In this document: piece after piece, positions 1-10,857 of the stretch
Layout: every line of letters begins with the position of its first letter
Position numbering within the stretch: the first letter of the stretch is position 1
Source: an uncultured Alphaproteobacteria bacterium
GTDB taxonomy: Bacteria; Pseudomonadota; Alphaproteobacteria; ATCC43930; CGMCC-115725
Length of the DNA: 64,000 nucleotides
Direction: 5' to 3'
Assembly (NCBI GenBank): GCA_963705325.1
Contig: OY970069.1
Coordinates: 4,199,172 to 4,263,171 of the forward strand
Notes under the pieces: generated by a model
Database searches by the model: none
What the model was told of the DNA's origin: nothing
Seen by the model: the letters and a program-made list of their open reading frames with translations, nothing else
Position numbers and translations under genes: made by a program

Positions 1-758
1 GTGGCGCCGGCTTCGACGGCGATGCCCCGCAGCCCAGCCGCAGCGGCGTTTGCCACGGTCCGTGCCCCAATAGTCGGCCGATCGATCCGATTTTCCTGCT
101 GCGGCTTGGCGAGCTTGACGAGCACCCCGCCCAGACCCTCCCGCCGCAACGCGCCGCAACGCCTGAGCAGGCCATCAGTGCCTTCGATTGCTTCGACCCC
201 GAGCACCAGGCCTTGCTGGACGACGACGGCCTGGCCGACATCCAGCATGCCGATTGCTCGGGCGAGTTCGATGCCGCGTCTGATATCGACCTCGGCATCG
301 GCATCGGGGCGAAGACGGCCAAGCGGCCCTTCCGGGACCGCTGTCGCATCGAGCAATTCATGCGCGCCGAGTAGCCGGAAGCCCTCGATCTCCAATTCCT
401 TCACCACGGCAGAAAGCAACCCGTCATCGCCGAGCATGCGATACCCGACCTTGGCGAAGAATCTGGTGGCTCGCCAATCCGGTCGGATCGCCGACAAGGT
501 GGGACGTCGGATGGCCCCCGCGAGCACCAGATCGGTGACGCCATTGTCGCGCAGCAGGCCGAGCCCCTTCGCGGCCGCGCCCATACGGCACCAGGCATGC
601 GGTACGCCGGCAACGGTGTCCGGATCCGCTTCCCCCTGCAGCGCCAAAACGAAGAAATCGCGGCCACGGGCGCGGCAGGTGTCGATCAGCCGCTGCGGCA
701 GCCCGCCGGCCCCGGCGATGATGCCGAGACGGCCGGTTGCCGCTTCATTATCCGCCAT
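1..758 (-). CDS. lpxI: UDP-2,3-diacylglucosamine pyrophosphatase LpxI (DUF1009), 3-prime end cut by the window edge
   Basis: Not in the ORF track. My own translation of the minus strand from ATG at 758 gives MADNEAATGRLGIIAGAGGLPQRLIDTCRARGRDFFVLALQGEAD...GQAVVVQQGLVLGVEAIEGTDGLL, which is typical LpxI. It overlaps the lpxA stop by 11 nt and holds the usual position after lpxA in alphaproteobacteria. Confidence 0.75.
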   Translation of the reverse strand, partial: MADNEAATGRLGIIAGAGGLPQRLIDTCRARGRDFFVLALQGEADPDTVAGVPHAWCRMGAAAKGLGLLRDNGVTDLVLAGAIRRPTLSAIRPDWRATRFFAKVGYRMLGDDGLLSAVVKELEIEGFRLLGAHELLDATAVPEGPLGRLRPDADAEVDIRRGIELARAIGMLDVGQAVVVQQGLVLGVEAIEGTDGLLRRCGALRREGLGGVLVKLAKPQQENRIDRPTIGARTVANAAAAGLRGIAVEAGA

Positions 759-1554
759 TCGGGCCTTTTGGCTGGCAGATGGCACGGCTCGAATCCGCCC
801 GAATAAACGCGACAATATCGGCAACGGGGCCATTGCCGGCGTATTTTGCGGCGATCTCATCGACGCGCTCGACCAGCGTGCCTTCGTCGGAAAACAGGAA
901 TTGGTAGGCGGTGCGCAGCCCGCTGATATCCTCACGGGTGAAGCCGCTACGCTGCATGCCCACGATATTGATGCCGGAAAGCCGGGCCCGATCGCCCGTC
1001 GCCTGACCGTAGGGAATCACGTCGCGGACCACGGCGGAGAGGCCGCCCACCATCGCATAGCGGCCGATCCGACAGAACTGATGGATAGCGCTGAGGCCAC
1101 CCAGGATCGCATGGTCTTCGATCACCACGTGGCCCGCGAGCGTCGCGTTGTTCGCCATCACCACGCCGTCACCGACCTGGCAGTCGTGAGCGATGTGGAC
1201 GCCGACCATGAACAGCGAGTTGTCGCCGACGCGCGTCACCATCCCCCCGCCGGCTGTACCCGGGTTCATCGTCACATATTCGCGGATCGTGTTATTGCTG
1301 CCGATCTCGAGCGATGACGCTTCGCCGCGGTACTTGAGATCCTGCGGTTCGAAGCCGATCGAGGCAAAAGGAAAGATGCGCGTTCCGGCGCCGATCGTTG
1401 TTCGTCCTTCGACCACGACATGGGCGCGCAAACTGACGCCAGGGCCGAGCACAACATGCTCGCCGACGACGCAATACGGCCCGATCACGACATCGTCAGC
1501 TAGCTGCGCACCCGGCGCGATGATCGCTGTGGGATGGATCTTGGGCATCGTCAT
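748..1554 (-). CDS. lpxA: acyl-ACP--UDP-N-acetylglucosamine O-acyltransferase
   Basis: 268 aa with hexapeptide repeats. N-terminus IHPTAIIAPGAQLADDVVIGPYCVVGEHV is LpxA-like. Sits in the lpxD-fabZ-lpxA context. Confidence 0.95.
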   Translation of the reverse strand: MTMPKIHPTAIIAPGAQLADDVVIGPYCVVGEHVVLGPGVSLRAHVVVEGRTTIGAGTRIFPFASIGFEPQDLKYRGEASSLEIGSNNTIREYVTMNPGTAGGGMVTRVGDNSLFMVGVHIAHDCQVGDGVVMANNATLAGHVVIEDHAILGGLSAIHQFCRIGRYAMVGGLSAVVRDVIPYGQATGDRARLSGINIVGMQRSGFTREDISGLRTAYQFLFSDEGTLVERVDEIAAKYAGNGPVADIVAFIRADSSRAICQPKGPNGG

Positions 1555-1559
1555 TCGAC

Positions 1560-2030
1560 CTAGTGGTCGAGGATCATAGCCGCGAATACGGCTTCCGCGT
1601 GCAGCTGGCCATCGACCTCCGCGCGGCCTTCGAATTTCCAGACATTGCCCCGATTGCGTATCTTCGTAACGTGAATGTGCAGCCTATCTCCCGGAAATAC
1701 CGGGCGCCGGAAGCGGGCATTATCGATGCTCATGAAATAGACCAGCTTGCGCTCCCATTCCGGACCCAGCGTGTGAACGACGAGCACGGCCGCGGTCTGC
1801 GCCATCGCTTCCACGATCAACACACCGGGCATCACGGGGCGTTCGGGGAAATGGCCGCGAAAGTAGTATTCTTCCGGCGAGACCATCTTGATCCCCGTCG
1901 CTCGCTCATTCTTCGCGACGTCGACAACCTTATCGATGAGCAAGAACGGGTCGCGATGAGGAATCATCTGCATGATCCGCTCGCGATCGAGTTCCAACAA
2001 ATCCCCCGCTTCGGAAGCGGATTCAATCAT
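1560..2030 (-). CDS. fabZ: 3-hydroxyacyl-ACP dehydratase FabZ
   Basis: [12 protein letters not shown] and GHFP motifs. Start trimmed to the ATG at 2030, which forms an ATGA overlap with the lpxD stop. Confidence 0.95.
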   Translation of the reverse strand: MIESASEAGDLLELDRERIMQMIPHRDPFLLIDKVVDVAKNERATGIKMVSPEEYYFRGHFPERPVMPGVLIVEAMAQTAAVLVVHTLGPEWERKLVYFMSIDNARFRRPVFPGDRLHIHVTKIRNRGNVWKFEGRAEVDGQLHAEAVFAAMILDH

Positions 2031-3052
2031 GAGCCGTCTTTCTTGCGAGCGAGGCGTTGCAGGATCGCGATCTGCCGCATCCACGTGGTTAGCGGCACCA
2101 CCGGTATACCGCCGACCGTCGCCCCGGCCTCGACATCGCGAAACACGCCAGAGTTCGCCGCTATGCGAGCGCCGTCGCCGACGTGCACGTGCCCGGTAAG
2201 GCCTGCCTGCCCGCCAATCATCACAAAATCCCCTAAACGGGTACTACCCGCGATACCGACCTGCCCGGCCAGGACGCATCCTCGCCCGACAACGACATTG
2301 TGCCCAATTTGCACCAGATTATCGATCTTAGTGCCCTCGCCGATTACCGTATCGTGCCCCGAGCCGCGGTCAATTGCCGTGTTAGCGCCGATATCGACAT
2401 CGTCGCCTATGACAACACGGCCAAGCTGCGGAACCATGACCGGACCTGACCTATCTGGCGCGAAGCCGAACCCTGGTTGTCCAATCCGCACGCCAGGATG
2501 GAGCACCACTCGTGATCCAATCAAACAATGGCTGATCGTCACATTGGCGCCAATCCGGCAATCGTCGCCGATCTCGACGTTGGATCCAATCGCGCTATTG
2601 GCGCCGATCTGGCAGCGCGCTCCCAATCGCACCCCCGCCTCGATCACGACATTGGCGGCGATTTCACAATCAGCCGGTACATTGGCCGATGGATCGATGA
2701 TCGCCGAGGGCGCGCGCCCCGGAATCACCGGCGGAGTGGGATAAAAGGCTTCCGCGGCTAAGGCAAACGCCTTATAGGGATCGGCCGCGATCAGAAGCGC
2801 CATGCCCGGAGGCGCCCGCGCGGCAAATCGCTCGGCGGCGAATGCCGCACCCGCCCGCGATGCGGCGAAAGCCTCAACATATTTAAGGTTGGCGAGGAAT
2901 GTCACGTCGCTGGGCCCGGCGGTTTCGAGCGGTGCAACGTCCTCAATGGTCCGATCCCCGACAGCCGGATCGGCAAGCTTCGCACCACCGATCGCCGCCA
3001 AAGCCTTGAGCGAGAACGGTCCAGCACGGTCGAAGAAACGAGGGTCAGCCAT
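2027..3052 (-). CDS. lpxD: UDP-3-O-acylglucosamine N-acyltransferase
   Basis: 341 aa with an LpxD N-terminal domain followed by left-handed beta-helix hexapeptide repeats. Confidence 0.95.
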   Translation of the reverse strand: MADPRFFDRAGPFSLKALAAIGGAKLADPAVGDRTIEDVAPLETAGPSDVTFLANLKYVEAFAASRAGAAFAAERFAARAPPGMALLIAADPYKAFALAAEAFYPTPPVIPGRAPSAIIDPSANVPADCEIAANVVIEAGVRLGARCQIGANSAIGSNVEIGDDCRIGANVTISHCLIGSRVVLHPGVRIGQPGFGFAPDRSGPVMVPQLGRVVIGDDVDIGANTAIDRGSGHDTVIGEGTKIDNLVQIGHNVVVGRGCVLAGQVGIAGSTRLGDFVMIGGQAGLTGHVHVGDGARIAANSGVFRDVEAGATVGGIPVVPLTTWMRQIAILQRLARKKDGS

Positions 3053-3085
3053 ATGCGCGCACGCCCGTAAACGAAGGCGGGAGCG

Positions 3086-3790
3086 CTATTTCTTCTTAGG
3101 CGGCGCGGGCTTTGGCGGCGCCGGTGCCGGCTTCGCCGGGGCTGGCGGAGTCGTCTGATCCGGAGCATTAGCAGCAACGGGAGTGACGAAGGTTACGTCC
3201 AGCGTTGGCATCTGCTCGTCGAGCTTCTGCAAAACCTGATCGGTAACGTCGAATCCCTGATCGAACAGCACCAACTCGCTGCGCTGAAACACGAGGTTGA
3301 CTTTTCGATCCTTGGCAATGTCCGTGATGATCTTGACCATCACCTCCTGGATCTTCTGAAGCGCATCAGCATTCGATCGTTCCAGCGCCTGACGCTTGGC
3401 CTGCACGTCACGGTCGAGTTCGTTGACCTTGGCCTGGAAGTCGCGGCCTTTGGCGGCAAGCTGATCAGCTGACAGGGTCGCCTGTTGACGCTGCAGCTGG
3501 TCGCGCTCCTGGCGCAAGGCCTCTTCTTTATGTGAGATGTCCTTGGCGTATTCGGCTCGCTTCGCCTCGATCTGCTGCCGAACCATCTTGGCTGCCTTCG
3601 AGTTTTGCAGCAGTGCCTGAACGTCCACCACCATGATGGATATAGTCTGCGGCGCCGCTGGCGGGGTGGTTGCCGCAGGTGCGGGCGGAGTGGGCTGAGC
3701 GGGGGCTTGCTGCGCCAGCGCACCACCGACGCTGCAGCAAAGACCGAACAGGCCAACCAGCACGGCGAGCCGAGCACGCATCACGACCAT
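3086..3790 (-). CDS. skp: OmpH/Skp family periplasmic chaperone with Pro/Ala-rich tails
   Basis: Signal peptide and a coiled-coil KAEYAKDI...QRQQATLS core. Lies between bamA and lpxD. The C-terminal tail is PAPAKPAPAPPKPAPPKKK. Confidence 0.8.
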   Translation of the reverse strand: MVVMRARLAVLVGLFGLCCSVGGALAQQAPAQPTPPAPAATTPPAAPQTISIMVVDVQALLQNSKAAKMVRQQIEAKRAEYAKDISHKEEALRQERDQLQRQQATLSADQLAAKGRDFQAKVNELDRDVQAKRQALERSNADALQKIQEVMVKIITDIAKDRKVNLVFQRSELVLFDQGFDVTDQVLQKLDEQMPTLDVTFVTPVAANAPDQTTPPAPAKPAPAPPKPAPPKKK

Positions 3791-3815
3791 TGCAACCTCT
3801 TAAGCAAAAGCGGGA

Positions 3816-6329
3816 TCAAAACTTCGTGCCGAAACTTACTCTGAAGAACTGCGTCTTATCAAAAGACTCCCGCTTGAGCGGTACCCCCAAATCGAGCCGT
3901 ACCGGCCCCACAGGCGAGGCCCAAGATATCCCGATGCCGGTTGACACTCGCAAAGCCGCTGTATCGACAACCTGCGGCTGAACTGCGGTATTTGCCAACG
4001 CAAGCTGAGTAGGGGTCAAGACCAAGTTCTTTTGGTCGTTCGACCACAACGTACCGAAATCGGACCACACGCGGCCGGTAATCCCGAGTTCCTTCGGTAG
4101 GCCGAGCGGCACGCCTAGCTGGACGGACCCGGCAAAGTACTTGTTGCCGCCGAGTGCGTCCTGCGAGGTAAGGTCGCGCGGCCCGATCCCGGCAGGTTCG
4201 AAGCCGCGCAGGTTGTCGCCGCCGACAAAGAAGCGATCCTGCAGCAGCACCTTCTGGCCGCCCCAACCAAAAACGTCGCCTGCCTCGCCGGTGAAGCTCA
4301 ACACCCAGCCGGGAGCGACCGAATAGTAATAGCCGGCGCTGATCTTGCTACGCAGGTACTGCACGCCAAAGCCGACACCCGCGAAATCATTTCCGAGCGA
4401 AGCAAACCACCCGCTCGTCGGATCAATACGGTTGTCGCGCCGGTCATAGAGCAGCACTTGGCCGATTGACGAGGTGTAGTGGGTTCCCTGTTGCAGCAAT
4501 ATGAAGAGCGCGGCGTTCGATTGAACATTCGTGATGTCGTCCGACCGAACCGCATATTTGAGGGTCTGGCGTAGATACTCAGTGAGCTGGTACCCGGCGC
4601 GCAGCGCACCGCCATAAGAAAATTGCTGGTAGGCCGGCTGTACGCCCGAGAAGAATGACGCGGTCGGGCTGGTCTTGACCTCGAAGAGGTCGAAGCCCGC
4701 CGCCACGTTCGAATCGAGGAAATACGGCTCGGTAAAGCTAAGATCGACTTGCTGAGAATGGAACGACACGACGGTTCCGACGCGCAAATCCTGACCGCGA
4801 CCGAGAAAATTGTGCTCGCGCACGGTAATATCGGCGAGCGGACCGTCGGTGGTCGAAAAACCAGCGCCAAGTGACAGTTCGCCGGTCGATTGCTCCTCGA
4901 CCTCGACCGTCACCACGGTCTTGTCCGGCGCGGAGCCTTGCGTGGTATTGGTCTCCACCTTTTTGAAGAAGCCGAGGTTCTTGATGCGGTCCTTGGAGCG
5001 CTGCAGTTTGTTGGCGTTGAACGCATCACCCTCGACGAGCCGCATCTCGCGACGGATCACCTTGTCGAGCGTGCGCACGTTACCGTTGATGTCGATGCGC
5101 TCGACATAAACTTGCGGCCCCTCCTGCACGTTGAAGGTGATGTCGATCGTACGATCGTCACGGTTGCGAGTAATCTGGGGCTTCACCTCGACAAACGCGT
5201 AACCCTTGCTGCCGAGCGCGTCGGTCAACACCGCGATCGTGTGCTCGACCGCCGCGGCGTCGTACCAATCGCCGGACTGAACCGTCAGGAGCGGCATCAC
5301 CGCATCCTTCGGCAGGTCCTTCAGCTTGATGTCGACATCGACTTTGCCGAATTTGTAACGCACGCCCTCATCGACGGTGAACGTTACGATAAATCCATCG
5401 CGCTCGGGGGTCAGCTCGGCCACTGCCGAGACTACCCGGAAATCGGCGTAGCCCTCGCTCAGATAGTATTTGCGCAGCAACTCGCGGTCGTAGGTAATGC
5501 GGTCCGGGTCGTAAGTGTCGGCGTTGGAGAAGAAGCGGTACCAGCGGCTCTCCTTGGTATCGATCACCCCACGCAGCGTTGAATCGCTGAACTCAGTATT
5601 GCCGACGAAGTTGATGCTGCGCACACCCGTTGACGGACCTTCGTTGATCTCGAAGACAAGGTCGACGCGGTTCTCCGATAATTGGATAATCTTCGGCTCC
5701 ACCGTCGCGGCGAAGCGTGCGTGGCGGCGATAGAGGTTCAGGATGCGCTGCACGTCGTTCTGCACACGCGTGCGCGTGTAGACCACACGTGGGCGCAATT
5801 GAATTTCGCTGTTGAGTTCCTTGTCCGACAGCTTCGAATTACCCTCGAAGGCGATCCGGTTGATGATCGGGTTTTCGACCACGCGGACGATCAGCACGCT
5901 TCCCTGACGGTCGAGTTTTACATCCGCGAACAATCCGGTGGCGAACAGCGCCTTTCCCGAGGCATCGACGCGCTCCGGATCAAAAGGGTCGCCGGCTTTC
6001 ACCAGTATGTAGGAGTAAATCGTCTCCGGCTCGATGCGCTGCAAGCCCTCGATCTTGATGTCGGAGATCGTTCCGTAGTTGGGCGCTGACACCGGCCGCG
6101 GCGCCACAGGAGGGGCAGTATGATGAACGATCCGTCTTGGCTGCGGAGGTGGCGGAAGCGGCGCGGGTTGGACCTGCGCGGGCGGTGGTGGCGGCGCGGG
6201 CGGCGGTGTCGGAGCGGGCGGCGCAACCAGCTCTGCGAGCGCCGGTAGGCTTAGGGCGACCGCAACTGCCGCAGCGGCAATCGGGGCCAGCCAATGCTTC
6301 CTTGCCCGCTGAAACTGCAAAACCCCCAC
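3816..6329 (-). CDS. bamA: outer membrane protein assembly factor BamA
   Basis: 837 aa with POTRA repeats and a C-terminal beta-barrel ending in F. A Pro-rich insert follows the signal peptide. Confidence 0.95.
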   Translation of the reverse strand: MGVLQFQRARKHWLAPIAAAAVAVALSLPALAELVAPPAPTPPPAPPPPPAQVQPAPLPPPPQPRRIVHHTAPPVAPRPVSAPNYGTISDIKIEGLQRIEPETIYSYILVKAGDPFDPERVDASGKALFATGLFADVKLDRQGSVLIVRVVENPIINRIAFEGNSKLSDKELNSEIQLRPRVVYTRTRVQNDVQRILNLYRRHARFAATVEPKIIQLSENRVDLVFEINEGPSTGVRSINFVGNTEFSDSTLRGVIDTKESRWYRFFSNADTYDPDRITYDRELLRKYYLSEGYADFRVVSAVAELTPERDGFIVTFTVDEGVRYKFGKVDVDIKLKDLPKDAVMPLLTVQSGDWYDAAAVEHTIAVLTDALGSKGYAFVEVKPQITRNRDDRTIDITFNVQEGPQVYVERIDINGNVRTLDKVIRREMRLVEGDAFNANKLQRSKDRIKNLGFFKKVETNTTQGSAPDKTVVTVEVEEQSTGELSLGAGFSTTDGPLADITVREHNFLGRGQDLRVGTVVSFHSQQVDLSFTEPYFLDSNVAAGFDLFEVKTSPTASFFSGVQPAYQQFSYGGALRAGYQLTEYLRQTLKYAVRSDDITNVQSNAALFILLQQGTHYTSSIGQVLLYDRRDNRIDPTSGWFASLGNDFAGVGFGVQYLRSKISAGYYYSVAPGWVLSFTGEAGDVFGWGGQKVLLQDRFFVGGDNLRGFEPAGIGPRDLTSQDALGGNKYFAGSVQLGVPLGLPKELGITGRVWSDFGTLWSNDQKNLVLTPTQLALANTAVQPQVVDTAALRVSTGIGISWASPVGPVRLDLGVPLKRESFDKTQFFRVSFGTKF

Positions 6330-6387
6330 CCCACTTCGCCTACCTCGCGACCCGTAAAGACATCAGGTCACAAGCCCCTGGTCAACG

Positions 6388-7518
6388 TCACGATCGCCAC
6401 AAGTGAACCAAGTCATTCCAAGTGGCAAACACCATCAGCGTCAAGACCAATGCCATTCCAATACGAAAACCGTACTCTTGAGCTTTCTGACCCAATGGTT
6501 TTCCTCGGATCGCTTCAGCGGCATAGAACAGCAAATGCCCTCCGTCAAGCACCGGGACCGGAAACAGGTTGATGAGTCCCAGATTGATCGACAACATCGC
6601 CATGAACGAAAGCAGAGCGCCGACACCGATTTGCGCGACCTGACCGGAGAGCTGTGCGATACGGAGCGGACCACCCAATTCATCGGCGTTGCGCTTATGG
6701 GTGATCATTTGCCACATCGCGCCGAGCGTTGAAGTCGACAGGTTCCAGGTCTCGCTGAAGGCGTGAAGAACGGCATTCGCCGGGCTGAGACGGGTATATT
6801 TGACACCGCCGCTGCCCTGAACGCCAAGCTGGCCTATTTGCCGTCCGTCGGAATCTTCGATGACCTTCGGTGTCACGTTGAGCGATACTGGCTCGCCCTT
6901 GCGCAACACCACGATCGTCATCGGGTTGCCGCTGTCGACTTCGACAAGCCGCTTGATATCGTCGAACCTAGCGATTGGATTGCCGTCGATCGACGTCACC
7001 ACGTCGCCGACCTGCATACCCGCCTTTTCGGCGGCGCTGTTCGGCAGGATGCGACCGATTTCCGGCGGCATATAGGGCTGGCCATAGGTGGCGAATAGCA
7101 CCGCCATCACCACGATAGCGAAAATGAAATTCGCCAGCGGACCGCCGCTGACGATCGCAGCGCGTTGCCCGAGGGGCTTATAAAAGAACGAGACCGCCCG
7201 CTCCGCCTCGGTCATCTTCTCGACGTCCGCCGTCGGCAGAACTGAGCTGCCATCGCTGTCGCCGAACATCTTGACGTAACCGCCTAGCGGCAGGGCGCTG
7301 ACCTTCCAGCGCGTCCCAGAGCGGTCGTTCCAGCCAAACAGCTCCGGCCCGAAGCCGATTGAGAAAACTTCGACCCGCACCCCGTTGCGCCGCGCGATCA
7401 GGTAATGGCCCAGCTCGTGGACAAAGACGAGAACCGTCAAGACCACAAGGAAGCCAAAGACCATCCATAGGAACTGGGTCAGTCCGCCACTGAGGACTGG
7501 TGCCAGGAGGCTGCTCAT
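6388..7518 (-). CDS. rseP: RIP zinc metalloprotease RseP
   Basis: HELGH motif in TM1, a PDZ domain, and a C-terminal LDGG motif. The position after dxr is conserved. Confidence 0.9.
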   Translation of the reverse strand: MSSLLAPVLSGGLTQFLWMVFGFLVVLTVLVFVHELGHYLIARRNGVRVEVFSIGFGPELFGWNDRSGTRWKVSALPLGGYVKMFGDSDGSSVLPTADVEKMTEAERAVSFFYKPLGQRAAIVSGGPLANFIFAIVVMAVLFATYGQPYMPPEIGRILPNSAAEKAGMQVGDVVTSIDGNPIARFDDIKRLVEVDSGNPMTIVVLRKGEPVSLNVTPKVIEDSDGRQIGQLGVQGSGGVKYTRLSPANAVLHAFSETWNLSTSTLGAMWQMITHKRNADELGGPLRIAQLSGQVAQIGVGALLSFMAMLSINLGLINLFPVPVLDGGHLLFYAAEAIRGKPLGQKAQEYGFRIGMALVLTLMVFATWNDLVHLWRS

Positions 7519-8742
7519 GGGTTGTCCGCCGGCCGATGATTGCGTGCACGGCGCATGGCGTGCTCGGTCGCAATCGCCCGCGCTTCGTGATCTATGTGGT
7601 AGACGTCGTCGAGGCTGCCAAGCTCACCGACAGGCAACGCCTCGAGCGTATCTTCGACAGTTGCGGCGATGTCGAGGAAGCCGATTTGTCCGTCGATAAA
7701 GGCATGCACCGCAGTCTCGTTCGCCGCGTTAAGCACGGTCGGGCTGCCGCCGCCCTGGGTCAGCGCGTCACGCGCCAAACGCAGCGCCGGGAACCGCACC
7801 GGATCGGGGATTTCGAAAGTGAGCCTGCCCACCGCAGCCAGGTCGAGCCGTTGCATCGGCGCCGGGGTGCGTCCGGGCCAACCAAGTACATAGGCGATCG
7901 GGGTGCGCATGTCAGGCGTCCCCAGATGCGCCAGCACCGACCCGTCGTGATAGGTGACGAGCCCGTGGATCACCGATTGCGGGTGGATCACCACGTCGAT
8001 CTGCTCCGACGGCAGCTGGAACAGGTGATGCGCCTCGATAATCTCCAAGCCCTTGTTCATCAACGTCGCCGAGTTCGATTGAAATCTTCGCACCCATGTT
8101 CCATGTGGGGTGCTTGACCGCTTGCTTCACCGTCATGTCGCGCATTTCGTCGATGCTGCGCTCGCGAAACGGGCCGCCGCTGCAGGTCAAGGTGATCTTC
8201 TCGATGTGCTCGACCCGCTTGAAATCGAAACACTGCCAGATCGCGTTGTGCTCGCTATCTACAGGCAGCAGGGTGGCGCCATTGGCGGCAACCTCTTGCA
8301 TGAACAGGCTGCCGGCGCAGACCAGCACCTCCTTGTTGGCAAACGCGACGATGCGCCCCTGTCGCACCGCGGCCAGCGTCGACGCTAGACCGGCAGCCCC
8401 AACGATGCCGGCCATCACCCAATCTGCCGGGCGCTCCGCCGCCTCGACCAGCGCCTCGGGCCCGCATCCCACCTCGATCCCCGACCCCGACAGCGCCTCC
8501 TTCAGCGTGTCGTATTCCGCAGGGTCGGCAACCGCGGCGAACCGCGCGTTCAATTGTCGCGCCTGTTCGGCCAAGGCGGCTGCGTTACGGTTCGCGGTTA
8601 GGGCCTCGACCGTGAACTCATCGCGGTTGCGCAGCAGTAGATCGACCGTACTGCGGCCGATCGAGCCGGTCGAACCGAGCACCGAGACCCGGCGCGGCTG
8701 TGCCGGCGCGCTGTGCGTACGGTTCAATGCCGTCACCGCCAT
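7515..8742 (-). pseudogene. dxr: 1-deoxy-D-xylulose 5-phosphate reductoisomerase, split by an apparent +1 frameshift near 8074-8075
   Basis: The N-terminal ORF 7912..8742 carries VLGSTGSIGRST and runs up to HPTWNMGAKISI. The C-terminal ORF 7515..8093 starts at SATLMNKGLEIIEAHHLF. The two frames differ by 1 nt. Removing one A from atcgAActcg restores KISIDSATLMNKG, giving 408 aa in total. Confidence 0.85.
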
Positions 8743-9546
8743 GTCAGCACGCTGCCGCCGCCAATCCAGGTCAACAATGCCACCGTGGGAATAACCGCCA
8801 ATAGACCGTCGAGCCGGTCAAGCAGGCCACCGTGTCCCGGGATTAGGCTGCTTGCGTCCTTCACGCCGAACCTTCGCTTGGCCACGGACTCGGCAAGATC
8901 GCCGAACTGCTCGACAATCGCAAGTCCTGCGCTCACCAAGACCAACGGCAGAGCCGGGCTCAGACCGAGCGCTCGAGCGGTAACCCAACCGGCGATTGCG
9001 GCGCAGAAAACGCCACCCAGGAGCCCCGCCCAAGTTTTTCCAGGGCTCCAGCGGGGCGCCAGCCGAGGTCCGCCAAGAAGCCGCCCTATCGCATAAGCAC
9101 CGATATCGGTCGCCCACACAATCGCCAGCACCCACACTAAGGTCGCTCTGCCGGCGGTTTCGCTTTGCGCCAGCCATAACAAGATGATGCAGGGCAAAGC
9201 CACCCACAGGGAGCCGGCCGCCACCCATAGGGGCACCGCACCGCGGCGGCGTGTCTCGAGGAGCCAGACCGCCACCGCTCCGCCAAGGGCGAGGACAGCT
9301 CCAACCCAAACACCGACGACGGCCGCTGCCGCCACCGCCAATGCAACCATACCGATCAACCCGGACGCGCCGTCACAAAGGCGAGCCCATTCCCAGGCCA
9401 TAACCACCGCCGCGGCAACGATCAGAATCTTCAGGAATGGACCGCCGAACCATATTGCGGCCAGCGGCAGCGGCGCTAAAACGAGCGCTGAAAGAATGCG
9501 CAGCCGCAGCGACGATCCCGCCTCAGCGAGAGCCAATCGACGCCCC
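8733..9546 (-). CDS. cdsA: phosphatidate cytidylyltransferase
   Basis: Polytopic membrane protein with the C-terminal signature KRRFGVKDASSLIPGHGGLLDRLD. The long ORF to 9842 overlaps uppS, so I place the start at TTG 9546. The start is uncertain. Confidence 0.8.
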
Positions 9547-10257
9547 GTAGCGTCGTTCGCGGCAGCCGAAATCGGCGATCGCTTGCACCAGATCGGCCTC
9601 GCCGAAATCGGGCCACAGTGTCTTGGTGAAAACGAGCTCCGAATAGGCGCACTGCCATAACAGGAAATTGCTGATGCGCTGCTCGCCGCTAGTGCGGATA
9701 AGCAGATCGGGGTCGGGAATTTCAGAGGTGAACAGATGGCGGGAGATGAGGTCCTCATCAATCTCGCTTGTCTGCAACTCCCCGTCGAGCACCTTTGCCG
9801 CCAGCGCCCGGACAGCGGCGACAATCTCTGCGCGGCCGCCATAGGACAGCGCGATCGTCAGGTTCACGCCGCGATTTTCTCGGGTCAGCTCCTCAGCATT
9901 GGCGATCAGCGTGACGATATCGGGCGCCAGCCGCGCGCGGTCGCCGATGACCCGAAGCCGCACCCCGTTGCGGTGCAGTTCGGCGATCTCGCCGCGCAGG
10001 TAGTGTCGCAGCAGCCCCATTAGATCATCGATCTCGGTGAGGGGCCGCTTCCAGTTCTCCGACGAAAACCCGAACAGCGTCAGGTAAGGAATGCCGAGCT
10101 CGCCGGTTGCGCGCACAGTGCGGCGCACCGCCTCTGCCCCCTGGCGATGGCCAGCGATGCGCGGCAGACCGCGGGCCTTCGCCCAGCGGCCGTTGCCGTC
10201 CATAATGATCGCGATATGCCGCGGCAGCGGACGCGGTGAAGCAAGGTGCACGCTCAT
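9523..10257 (-). CDS. uppS: undecaprenyl diphosphate synthase
   Basis: HIAIIMDGNGRWA and the FLLWQ..YSEL motifs. Confidence 0.95.
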   Translation of the reverse strand: MSVHLASPRPLPRHIAIIMDGNGRWAKARGLPRIAGHRQGAEAVRRTVRATGELGIPYLTLFGFSSENWKRPLTEIDDLMGLLRHYLRGEIAELHRNGVRLRVIGDRARLAPDIVTLIANAEELTRENRGVNLTIALSYGGRAEIVAAVRALAAKVLDGELQTSEIDEDLISRHLFTSEIPDPDLLIRTSGEQRISNFLLWQCAYSELVFTKTLWPDFGEADLVQAIADFGCRERRYGASIGSR

Positions 10258-10817
10258 CAGACCTGCAGAATTTCCTTGTCCTTTTGCGCCAGCGTCTCGT
10301 CGACACGCTTGATGTGGTCGTCGGTCAGGTGCTGGATCTCGCGCTCAAGCTTGCGGTGCTCGTCTTGCGAAATTTCGCCGTCCTTTTCCTGTTTGCGCAG
10401 CACCTCGATTCCATCGCGCCGGACATTGCGCACCGACACTCGGGCCGCCTCGGCGTATTTCGCGGCGACCCGGGTTAGCTCGCGGCGCCGCTCTTCGTTG
10501 AGATCGGGTATCGGCACCCGGATCGTCTGACCTTCCGTCTGCGGGTTTAGCCCGAGGCCCGCCTCGCGGATAGCCTTGTCGACGGCTTTGACCATGCCGC
10601 GATCCCACACATTGACCGTGATCATCCGCGGCTCGGGCACGTTGATGTTGGCGAGCTGGTTAAGCGGCATCATATTGCCGTAGGCATTGACCATCACCGG
10701 CTCAAGGAGGCTCACCGAGGCGCGGCCGGTCCTCAACCCGCCGAATTCCTTGCGCAGTGCTTCCAGCGCGCCGTCCATGCGGCGCTGCAGATCTTTCAAT
10801 AACGCTTCGTCTGCCAT
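10257..10817 (-). CDS. frr: ribosome recycling factor
   Basis: 186 aa from the ATG at 10817 ([25 protein letters not shown]...). Lies in the pyrH-frr-uppS context. Confidence 0.95.
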   Translation of the reverse strand: MADEALLKDLQRRMDGALEALRKEFGGLRTGRASVSLLEPVMVNAYGNMMPLNQLANINVPEPRMITVNVWDRGMVKAVDKAIREAGLGLNPQTEGQTIRVPIPDLNEERRRELTRVAAKYAEAARVSVRNVRRDGIEVLRKQEKDGEISQDEHRKLEREIQHLTDDHIKRVDETLAQKDKEILQV

Positions 10818-10857
10818 GGCCTTGCTTCCCTGTGCCTGCCGGTTCTCCGGCGATCTC

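Noticed and set aside
1-1317. 438-aa plus-strand ORF at the window start
   Set aside because: It is antisense to lpxI and lpxA. Its composition is Ala/Arg/Pro/Ser-rich with no recognisable motifs, typical of a high-GC shadow frame.
9547-9842. N-terminal 99-codon extension of the cdsA ORF
   Set aside because: It overlaps the well-supported uppS CDS in another frame and has no CdsA similarity. A non-ATG start just after the uppS stop is more plausible.
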